A stretch of 57,698 nucleotides of DNA, from the NCBI GenBank assembly GCA_016208585.1, contig JACQXR010000004.1:1-57698 (forward strand). The letters run 5' to 3'. Positions 39,742 to 47,536 of the stretch are shown here, in pieces; positions within the stretch are counted from its first letter, which is position 1, and every line of letters begins with the position of its first letter. Below the pieces are notes generated by a model. That model was not told the origin of the DNA. It was given only the letters and a program-made list of their open reading frames with translations, and made no database searches. The position numbers were made by a program, and so were the translations under genes. The stretch is from a candidate division TA06 bacterium (GTDB lineage: Bacteria; Edwardsbacteria; AC1; EtOH8).

Positions 39742-39790
39742 CATTCATTGTTTATTGTTCACTGTTCATTGCTCATTGTTCATTGCTTCG
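39742..39790 (-). repeat. Seven tandem degenerate heptamers (plus strand TGTTCAT, transcribed strand ATGAACA) spanning the ABC ATPase stop codon
   Basis: The units are cattcat tgtttat tgttcac tgttcat tgctcat tgttcat tgcttcg. The ATPase stop (rc TGA at 39773-39775) lies in unit 5. The last residues SNEQ are encoded by the array. Confidence 0.8.
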
Positions 39791-40513
39791 AGTGAACTCC
39801 AGGTACAGGCTCTCCAGGTCCTGGTGCCGGTGTTGGGATAATTCCATTAGCTCCTCCAGCGTGCCCAGGGCCGCCAGCCGGCCGTTGGCGATGATGCCGA
39901 TCCGGTGGCAGACCGACTCGGCCAGGCTTAAGGTGTGGGTGGAGATCAGCAGGGAACAGCCTTTTTTAGCCTCCTCCTGGAATATCTGCTTCACCAAAAT
40001 TATGCTGGCCGGGTCCAGGCCCACCAGCGGCTCGTCTATCAGATAAACTTTAGGCTGATGAAGCAGGGTGGCGGCCAGCACGGTCTTCTGCCGCATGCCG
40101 TGGGAATAGCTCTCGGCCCGGCGGTCGATCCACTCCTGGGTCTCGAACCGGTCTATCAGTTCCTCCACCCGCAGCTCCAGCCCCTTGTCCGGACAGCCAT
40201 AGAGCCGGGCCACCAGGCGCAGAAACTCCCGGCCCGACAGTTTCTCATATATAAAGGGGTCGTCGGGGATGAATCCCAGGCACTGTTTGGCCTGGGTCGG
40301 GCTTTGTTCCAGGTCAAAACCGCAGATGGAGCGGGCACCTCCGCTAGGCTGTAAAATGCCGGCCAGCATTTTAAGTGTGGTGGTCTTGCCGGCCCCGTTG
40401 GGGCCCAGCAGCCCGAAGATCTCCCCCGACCCGATGCTTAGGCTGATATCATCCACCGCCAGCTTGGCCCCGAATGATTTGGACAAATTCTTAAGCTCTA
40501 TTCCCCGGCTCAT
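39773..40513 (-). CDS. ABC transporter ATP-binding protein
   Basis: Walker A GLLGPNGAGKTT, a signature-like YSHGMRQK and Walker B VYLIDEPLVGLD. The start overlaps the upstream gene's stop. Confidence 0.9.
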   Translation of the reverse strand: MSRGIELKNLSKSFGAKLAVDDISLSIGSGEIFGLLGPNGAGKTTTLKMLAGILQPSGGARSICGFDLEQSPTQAKQCLGFIPDDPFIYEKLSGREFLRLVARLYGCPDKGLELRVEELIDRFETQEWIDRRAESYSHGMRQKTVLAATLLHQPKVYLIDEPLVGLDPASIILVKQIFQEEAKKGCSLLISTHTLSLAESVCHRIGIIANGRLAALGTLEELMELSQHRHQDLESLYLEFTRSNEQ

Positions 40514-41973
40514 GGCCGGTGCTCCAGTATCTCGATCTTCAAATTTCCGAAGGCACTGAGCAAACGGGTCTGCTGGCTGAGGTCGCCCTCCACCAAGCGC
40601 AGCCGGGCGGCGTCGGCCGGGGCCTGGCCGAAGGTGGGATCCAACTCAATCCATTTACCGCAGTAGACCGAATTCCAGGCGTGATAGTAAAACTTGCCGT
40701 CCAGATAAACCACTCCCAGGCAGATCTTGGCCGGCAGGCCGGCGGCCCGGGCCAAGGCGGCAAACAAAGTGGCGTGCTCGTTGCAGTCGCCCCGCCGAGA
40801 TTGCAGCACCTCCACCGCCGAGGGCAGGCTGACGGTCATGGTTTTCTCCAAATTCTCATAAACCCATTTCTCCAAAACCAAAGCCTTTTGCCAAGGATCG
40901 GTCAAGCCCTTGGTCAGTTTTAAAGCCAGCTGTTTGACATCTTCGTCTTCCGACTGGATCAACACGGTGGGCATTAAATACTCTTCCAGTTTGTCCGGTT
41001 TGCCGTTTACAGGTTGAAGTTCGGAAGTTTGCTCCGTGGTGATTTGTACGATTTGTTTTTGACTGTCGGTGATCGCCTGCCGCCCGCCGGAAACATCCAG
41101 CTCTTTAAGGGATACGCCTGAGATTGCGATCACCATTCGTTCGGTTTCCCGGGCCTTCGGCAGCCCGCCATTAAGCGCCGGCACTGCAATATTGCTGAGC
41201 AGGTCCATTTCTGGAAAATCCTTGGGCAGGGCCAGGGCCTGCTCCTTTGTCTGGCGGATCATGGTTATCCCCAGCGGGCCGTCCTCTTTTACGGTCTGGC
41301 CCAAACTGTCCACCCAGGCGTGGCTTTTGGAGCCGGAAAAACTTATCTCCAGTTTGGTGGCTTGGGTCCAGCGGCCTTCCAGCAAAATGGAATCGGGGCC
41401 GATCACTTTCACCAACAGGGGCACCACCGCCATGGAAGCCGGGTCAAACACCGAAAAATCATACTCTTTGCCGGGGGTCAGGCTCTTGCCTATAAGCATC
41501 GGTTCCAAAGCCTCGGGCATGACGATGGAGCCGGGGATGTCCAACTCGGCGCTCTGGCTCTGGCCGTTGGACAGTATCTCCAAACTCAACTGCTTGCCTT
41601 GGACCCGGCCCTTGACCGAGATCTCGGCCGCCCCGGCCATCTTGAATTCAAAGCTGGTCAGCCGGTAATTCCTGTCCAGCTCGTAGTTCAAAACGGTGGA
41701 CACCTGGCGGACCTCGCCCATTAGCGGCAGCCGCATCAGCGACTTGTTGGAAACCGCCTGTCCGCCTTGGGTTAAAACCCTGGTCAGGGTGACCGAGTGG
41801 CCGATCTTCTGGTACTGGTAATAGATGCCGTGCCATTGCTCGGAATCAGACAGGGCCCGGGGCCGGACCTTATGCTCCGCCGGCTGGCAGCCCGCCCGGC
41901 CCAAGCCGAACCAAACCAGGGAGCCAGACCAGACCAGGCCCAGCAGCATCAGGTATAGCGCTTTTTTGGACAT
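40510..41973 (-). CDS. Membrane-anchored transglutaminase-like cysteine protease-fold protein
   Basis: N-terminal TM/signal helix. The C-terminal transglutaminase core is RRGDCNEHATLFAALARAAGLPAKI..YHAWNSVY..IELDPT (Cys-His-Asp). ATG 41973 gives MSKKALYL. An alternative TTG start lies at 41982. Confidence 0.8.
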   Translation of the reverse strand: MSKKALYLMLLGLVWSGSLVWFGLGRAGCQPAEHKVRPRALSDSEQWHGIYYQYQKIGHSVTLTRVLTQGGQAVSNKSLMRLPLMGEVRQVSTVLNYELDRNYRLTSFEFKMAGAAEISVKGRVQGKQLSLEILSNGQSQSAELDIPGSIVMPEALEPMLIGKSLTPGKEYDFSVFDPASMAVVPLLVKVIGPDSILLEGRWTQATKLEISFSGSKSHAWVDSLGQTVKEDGPLGITMIRQTKEQALALPKDFPEMDLLSNIAVPALNGGLPKARETERMVIAISGVSLKELDVSGGRQAITDSQKQIVQITTEQTSELQPVNGKPDKLEEYLMPTVLIQSEDEDVKQLALKLTKGLTDPWQKALVLEKWVYENLEKTMTVSLPSAVEVLQSRRGDCNEHATLFAALARAAGLPAKICLGVVYLDGKFYYHAWNSVYCGKWIELDPTFGQAPADAARLRLVEGDLSQQTRLLSAFGNLKIEILEHRP

Positions 41974-41984
41974 AATCTTCAATG

Positions 41985-42122
41985 AAAATTCAAAATCAGA
42001 ATATCGAAATTCTAAACAAATTCAAATCAGATGGTATCTAAAGACTAAGATGGTTTTTAGGATTTTGGTGCTTTAAAAATTGGTGCTTGTTTGGGATTTT
42101 GAATTTTGAGTTTTGGGATTTG
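41985..42122. repeat. AT-rich, period-7 low-complexity region upstream of the minus-strand operon
   Basis: The units are aaaattc aaaatca gaatatc gaaattc taaacaa attcaaa (41985-42026) and gattttg aattttg agttttg ggatttg (42095-42122). A 13-nt inverted match links aaaattcaaaatc (41985-41997) to gattttgaatttt (42095-42107). Confidence 0.6.
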
Positions 42123-42271
42123 TCAACTTTGGCAATGGCCAAAGTTGAGTTTCAATTATACCACCTGCACGAATTTAGTCAATAGATATTTCCCAGAGGC
42201 CCGGTTTTTAGCGGCAAATTAATGTCATGCCAACCGGAGCGTAAAAAAGAAAAAAAAGTTTATTTTTATCC

Positions 42272-42300
42272 TTGACATAAGCGCCTTTTTTATGTATCAT
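42272..42300 (+). promoter_or_regulatory. Near-consensus sigma70-like promoter for the OMP-lipoprotein pair
   Basis: TTGACA (42272-42277), a 17-nt spacer, then TATCAT (42295-42300), about 120 nt upstream of ATG 42421. RBS aggagg lies just before the ATG. Confidence 0.5.
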
Positions 42301-42420
42301 ATATGATAATATCTCTATTCGGTGTATTATTCAAGGAGGTGATTAAAAACAAGTTTTACCTGTCTGGTTTTATGGTTAATAAAAAGAGAATAATCAACTA
42401 ATAACTAACAGGAGGAGAAA

Positions 42421-44079
42421 ATGAGAGCAAGAGTTTTGGCGTTATTGGCACTTATCGTTGCCGTAAGTTCGATTTCGCACGCCCAGGGCTACCGCTGGGA
42501 AGCCAACCCGTGGACCGAATCATTCCGCAGCGCATCAACCGCAGGCATACTGGAAGACGATATCGACATTCTTTTGGATCCCGCCCGGGTTTGCGAAATA
42601 GGGGGAACACGGTTGTACACCAACCTTTCAAACCTGGTTGACAAGGACGAAGAGGTGTTTTCAAACAACGACAACGGATACTTTTTAATCGGGGGTTCGG
42701 GCAAGCTTACCAACAGCGGTTACGGATACTTCGGGGCCTTGTACGACCGTTATCAGGATAAGAACATCGACTCGACGGAAAGCACCACCACCACCTACCG
42801 AGATATCGACATGAACGGCAGCTACGACGAGCAGAGCATGGTCAACGATCAGTCCATAGTCAGCCGGGAAGAATTCGACAACCACTGGTATCTGGCATAC
42901 AATAAGGAGCTGGGAGACAAAAAAATAGGCCTGGCCTACTACCGCAATGAGGAAAGTTATTTCTACCGCCTTTTCAACAGCTACCAGCAGGAGGACAACA
43001 ACTATGTCACCGGCCTGCTGTACACCTATAACGGCGAGGGCCAATACAACGACAGCTCAAAAGTTTCCGAGAACGCCATTCTGGGTTCTTTCTGGATGCC
43101 GTTCGGCCCCAAGGTGGACCTGAACCTGGGAGGTTTGGCAGGCTTTCTTTCCACCAAATACGGCTACCACTACGAAGGCACTTCCACCGAGGACAACAGC
43201 CCGGCAGACACCCGGATAGACGATGTTAACACCAATGAGCACGCGCAGTATGCCAGGCCGTATTCCGGCACAAAGTTCTTTGTTTGGGCCGGCGGCCGCT
43301 ATAAATGGAGCGACAATGTCAAGACCGAGGGCTTTGCCCGGATGGGCATGATCTCGCAGAAGACCACCAGCGACGCCATGGGGACCTACGAATACAGCCA
43401 GGTGACCAGAATAACCTTTGGCACCGATCTGATTCAGGACACCCAGAATAGAAATATCGATATCGGCCTGACCGGGGACGCTGCCGCTAGCGGTTTTGAA
43501 CTCTTCGCCCGCACCGTGGCCAAGCTGGACGAAAAGGTAAGTTTTGGCATGGGCCTCAACTTCTCCACCTACGGCTGGGAGGACAATTTCACCAGCGACA
43601 GCTTGGTTGCCAATCAATACTCTTACAACGACGGCGACAACCAGCTGCTTGATCCCGACGACTCTGTGACCGTGGAAAACTACTCCACCGCCATAGATTA
43701 CAAGACCACCGGCAGCTATACTACCCTGGGGATCCCGGTGGGCTTGGAATTCAAAGTGGCCAACCCGGTGGTGATAAGGCTGGGAGCCCGTTACGACCTG
43801 GGCTGGGATGATTCTACCCGCACGCGCGCGATATCCAGCTATTCGGCGCTGCACCGCCGGACGGTCACCGGAGACAGCGTAATCACCGAGAGCATCTCGC
43901 CCAACCCCAACACCCTGGAGAATGGGACCAGCGCCAGCGCCTACACAAAAACCAGCCAAACTTCTTTTAGCTATGGCGCCGGCTGGAGCATCAGCGAGCA
44001 CCTGAAGATAGACTTGATGGGGTTTGCCAACCTGACCAATCTCAGCGGCTGGAAACTATCGGCCACCATGAAATTCTAA
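42421..44079 (+). CDS. Outer-membrane beta-barrel protein (unknown family)
   Basis: Signal peptide ending SISHA-QG. The sequence is rich in alternating aromatic/polar beta-strand patterns and Y/G/N/D/T. The C-terminal residue is Phe (..KLSATMKF), as in OMP sorting signals. Confidence 0.65.
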   Translation: MRARVLALLALIVAVSSISHAQGYRWEANPWTESFRSASTAGILEDDIDILLDPARVCEIGGTRLYTNLSNLVDKDEEVFSNNDNGYFLIGGSGKLTNSGYGYFGALYDRYQDKNIDSTESTTTTYRDIDMNGSYDEQSMVNDQSIVSREEFDNHWYLAYNKELGDKKIGLAYYRNEESYFYRLFNSYQQEDNNYVTGLLYTYNGEGQYNDSSKVSENAILGSFWMPFGPKVDLNLGGLAGFLSTKYGYHYEGTSTEDNSPADTRIDDVNTNEHAQYARPYSGTKFFVWAGGRYKWSDNVKTEGFARMGMISQKTTSDAMGTYEYSQVTRITFGTDLIQDTQNRNIDIGLTGDAAASGFELFARTVAKLDEKVSFGMGLNFSTYGWEDNFTSDSLVANQYSYNDGDNQLLDPDDSVTVENYSTAIDYKTTGSYTTLGIPVGLEFKVANPVVIRLGARYDLGWDDSTRTRAISSYSALHRRTVTGDSVITESISPNPNTLENGTSASAYTKTSQTSFSYGAGWSISEHLKIDLMGFANLTNLSGWKLSATMKF

Positions 44080-44113
44080 TTCATCAAACATAAATATTTA
44101 GGAGAATATTGAA

Positions 44114-45643
44114 ATGAAAAACAGAAAAATACTCATAGGGTTGGCAAGCCTTTTGGCGGTGGCATTATTCTTGGGCGCGGGGTGCGGTAAAAAAGATAAT
44201 CCGCTGGAGGTCAGCACCGCCGGGCTAAACACCGCCAAGGCTGGCAATCTGCCTGCGGTTTCGTCGGTTGTTATAAAAACCGCAAATGGGGATACCACAG
44301 TACAGGTAGAAATAACCTTTGATAACTACATGAATAGCGCTACCATTGACAGCAACAATATCAAGGTTTATGACGCCTGTCATTATCAAACCATGGGCGC
44401 TAAGTCCGGCAAAGTAAGCTACGATGCCGTGGCTAAGATGGCAATATTCAAGCCGAACACCGGAGGGTTTGCCTTTGATCATGCCTATTTGCTGGTTATT
44501 TCCGCCAATGTCACCAACAAAGATGGAGCGCATTTAGATGGCAACGGAAACGGAACATACGACGGAACACCCTATGATGATAAGCTGTATGCCTTTCAAA
44601 TAGGCAGCGGCCCTTTGGATAGCGTGAGAACTACTCCGCCAACCGTTTCATCCACCACACCTGCGGATGGGCAGCGAGTTGCGATGTCTACTCAAATAAT
44701 TACAGTTAATTTTAGCAACGGCCCGATGGATACCTTATTATTAAAGCCACTATCCAATTATTCGTTAAAACGTACCGACAATAACACCACGGTGCCCCTG
44801 TATCTAAGGGGAGTGACCGCGGGCTCGGTGTCGTTGGGCATAAACATTCCCAGCGATTCGTTGGTGGTGGCCGGAGCCAAGTACGAATTTAGGATTTTGG
44901 GGAATACGCTCAAGGCCACGGCAGATACAACGGGAGTGGATTCCTACCTGCTTAAATTAGATACCGATGAAAATGGCGCTAAAGCGGTTGAGCCGGACTA
45001 TATCGTAAAATTTGAACCGGCCGATACCACAACTGCTGAAAAATATACCTATCCGCAGGTTAACACTTATGCCAATGCCGGCGATTATTACCGGATGACC
45101 TTCACCAAGAAGATGGACATCAGCACCTTCACCACGGCCAACATAATGTTCATGGACGGCTCCGGCTACCTGCCGGGAGAGATCGTGCCGGACCTGGATT
45201 CCATAGGATTTAGGTATTACTATAAAAGGACGGTGTCGGGAACGGTTGCTCCGTATGTCCATATGGAAACTGCCGATAAATTTGGGAACCTGCTGGACGG
45301 GAACAACAACGGCATCGGCGGGGAGGAAGGCCTGGACAACTGGCCGGGAGTCTCCCCGAGCCTCAAACTCATCTACCCCCAGGATGGAGCCAGCGGGGTG
45401 ACCAACCCGGTAACGTTTAAGTGGAGTTGCAATCTGACGGACGTTTATTATTACGATGTTGCTGTGAGATACAGCGATGACGGGGGAATGAACTGGTATC
45501 TGGAGCAGTGGTTCTTCACTTACCATCCTATCACCCAGTATACCACCATCGTTTCTTCGCACGGCAGGTATGCTTGGATTGTTTATGCCTATGATTCGTA
45601 TTATAATTACATCGACTCTCAGATAGCCTTTTTTACGATGTAG
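44114..45643 (+). CDS. Putative lipoprotein with SbsA-Ig/Big-like repeats
   Basis: The signal peptide has a lipobox-like LFLGAGC. Ig-like segments include TVSSTTPADGQRVAMSTQIITVNFSNGPMD. It sits 35 nt downstream of the OMP gene. Confidence 0.6.
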   Translation: MKNRKILIGLASLLAVALFLGAGCGKKDNPLEVSTAGLNTAKAGNLPAVSSVVIKTANGDTTVQVEITFDNYMNSATIDSNNIKVYDACHYQTMGAKSGKVSYDAVAKMAIFKPNTGGFAFDHAYLLVISANVTNKDGAHLDGNGNGTYDGTPYDDKLYAFQIGSGPLDSVRTTPPTVSSTTPADGQRVAMSTQIITVNFSNGPMDTLLLKPLSNYSLKRTDNNTTVPLYLRGVTAGSVSLGINIPSDSLVVAGAKYEFRILGNTLKATADTTGVDSYLLKLDTDENGAKAVEPDYIVKFEPADTTTAEKYTYPQVNTYANAGDYYRMTFTKKMDISTFTTANIMFMDGSGYLPGEIVPDLDSIGFRYYYKRTVSGTVAPYVHMETADKFGNLLDGNNNGIGGEEGLDNWPGVSPSLKLIYPQDGASGVTNPVTFKWSCNLTDVYYYDVAVRYSDDGGMNWYLEQWFFTYHPITQYTTIVSSHGRYAWIVYAYDSYYNYIDSQIAFFTM

Positions 45644-45759
45644 CAAGACTCGTCTGCATGAAGAGTATAGGCAAAAAAGGAAAGACCTTAAACCCAGGAG
45701 ATACAAGAACCACTTTTGTAAAGGTCGAAACTTTTTAAATCTAATAAACACGGCCTGTC

Positions 45760-45791
45760 AACCGCCCCGTTTTTAGGGAAACGGGGCGGTT
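45760..45791 (+). terminator. Rho-independent terminator-like hairpin after the lipoprotein gene
   Basis: aaccgccccgttt (45760-45772) pairs perfectly with aaacggggcggtt (45779-45791) across a 6-nt loop. The T-tail is weak (tgctattt). Confidence 0.6.
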
Positions 45792-45944
45792 TGCTATTTA
45801 CAACCGGCAAAAAATATGCGATAATTAAACATAAGGGTTATTCCATTCCCTTGGGTAAGACAAGATTTTCATGATTATAAAATTAGAAATAATCTCGTAA
45901 ATCATGTTAATCCTGTCAAATATTCGGAGCCTGTTTAATTGGTG

Positions 45945-47120
45945 ATGAAAAGGGTCATTCTTATAGTTTTGGACGGCTGCGGGGTGGGCGAACTGCCTGA
46001 CGCCACCGATTTCGGAGACCAGGGCAGCAACACACTGGGCAATATTTCCCGGGCGATCCCCGGCGGGCTGGCTCTGCCAAATTTGCAGGCTTTGGGGCTT
46101 GGCAATATAACAGAGATCCATGGCCTCCCCCCAAATCCATCGTCCAAAGGCTGCTGGGGAAAACTAACCGAACGCTCCCCTGGCAAGGACTCCACCTTTG
46201 GGCACTGGGAGATAGCCGGCCTGGTCGCCGAAAAGCCCTTGCCCACCTATCCTCATGGGTTCCCCAAGGAAGTCATTGAGCCTTTCAAAAAAGCCATCGG
46301 GCGAAACATCCTGGCCAACAAAGTGGCCTCCGGCACCGAGATCATCAAAGATCTGGGCGATGAGCATGTCAAAACAGGCCTTCCCATCGTCTATACCTCG
46401 GCCGACAGCGTTTTCCAAATCACCTGCCACGAGGACATAGTGCCCCTGGAACAGCTTTACGACTGGTGCCAGAAAGCCCGGGAACTGCTGACCGGCGAAC
46501 ATGCAGTAGGGCGGGTCATCGCCCGGCCGTTTACCGGCGTTTCCGGCAATTACCAGCGGGCGGGCGGCCACCGAAGGGATCTTTCCCTGAAACCTCCAAG
46601 GCCCACGGCGCTGGATCTCATAAAAAACAGCGGCTGCCAGGTGATAGGGGTGGGCAAGATCCACGATCTTTTTTCCGGACAGGGTTTGAGCCAAAGCATT
46701 CACACCGACGACAATCAGGACGGGATGCAAACGATACTTAAAACCCTGCCGGAATTTTTCCGCGGCCTACTGATGGCCAACCTGGTGGATTTTGACATGA
46801 GCTGGGGCCACCGCAACGATGTTCAGGGGTTCTATCAGGGCTTAAAGGATTTCGATGTCTGGCTTCCCGGCCTGTTAAAGGCCCTGACCGGCGGCGACAT
46901 TCTCATGATTACCGCCGACCACGGCAACGACCCCACCACGCCCTCCACCGACCATTCGCGGGAATACACGCCCCTGCTGGTCTTTGGCCCGGGGATCAAA
47001 AGCGGGATAGACCTGGGAACCAGAAAAAGCTTTGCGGACATCGCGGCCACGCTGGCTGAGATTTTCGACATCAAAGACACCGGACAAGGGGCGAGTTTCT
47101 TAAAACAGATCACGATATAG
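45945..47120 (+). CDS. deoB: Phosphopentomutase
   Basis: MKRVILIVLDGCGVGELPDATDFGDQGSNTLGNI, SADSVFQI, TADHGNDPT and C-terminal FADIAATLAEIF. Confidence 0.9.
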   Translation: MKRVILIVLDGCGVGELPDATDFGDQGSNTLGNISRAIPGGLALPNLQALGLGNITEIHGLPPNPSSKGCWGKLTERSPGKDSTFGHWEIAGLVAEKPLPTYPHGFPKEVIEPFKKAIGRNILANKVASGTEIIKDLGDEHVKTGLPIVYTSADSVFQITCHEDIVPLEQLYDWCQKARELLTGEHAVGRVIARPFTGVSGNYQRAGGHRRDLSLKPPRPTALDLIKNSGCQVIGVGKIHDLFSGQGLSQSIHTDDNQDGMQTILKTLPEFFRGLLMANLVDFDMSWGHRNDVQGFYQGLKDFDVWLPGLLKALTGGDILMITADHGNDPTTPSTDHSREYTPLLVFGPGIKSGIDLGTRKSFADIAATLAEIFDIKDTGQGASFLKQITI

Positions 47121-47151
47121 TTGCTGTTAGGGTTTAGGGGGTAGCAGTTAG
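47118..47151 (+). repeat. Phased TAG array after deoB
   Basis: TAG occurs at 47118 (the deoB stop), 47128, 47135, 47142 and 47149. The spacings are 10, 7, 7 and 7 nt, so successive TAGs fall in all three frames. The next ATG (47153) follows directly. Confidence 0.8.
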
Positions 47152-47152
47152 T

Positions 47153-47450
47153 ATGGGAAAAAGTTATAAGGATTTGATTGTCTGGCAAAAGTCATATGCG
47201 TTATGTCTTTTGGTATATGAAAACCACCAAGGCCTATCCAAAGAGCGAATAGTATGGCTTGATAAATCAATTAAGAAGGTGGGCGGTATCCATCCCATCG
47301 AATATCTCCGAAGGTTATAACAGACAACGCCGGGGCGAAGATCTGCAATTTCTTTCCATTGCCTATGGATCGGCGGCCGAATTGGAAACCCAAATACTAC
47401 TCTCAAAAGACTTGCATTATTGCACTATAGTTTTGCCCTTTTTAAGATAA
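47153..47450 (+). pseudogene. Four-helix-bundle protein (23S rRNA intervening-sequence protein family), frameshifted with an internal stop
   Basis: Frame 1 reads MGKSYKDLIVWQKSYALCLLVYE. The family continuation KTTKAYPKSE*YGLINQLRRWAVSIPSNISEGYNRQRRGEDLQFLSIAYGSAAELETQILLSKDL is in another frame. An in-frame TAG lies at 47250-47252. Confidence 0.7.
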
Positions 47451-47536
47451 ATACATTGAAAACATAAAGGCTCTTGCCTTATCATTAATGGAGAAAACAG
47501 AGAAATCATTAACTCCAAATTTAAAAGGAGATCCCC

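Noticed and set aside
43057-45751. Two long minus-strand ORFs (314 aa and 264 aa) opposite the OMP and lipoprotein genes
   Set aside because: The plus-strand genes have signal peptides, an RBS, a C-terminal Phe or a lipobox, and a promoter. The antisense ORFs have none of these and are compositionally odd.
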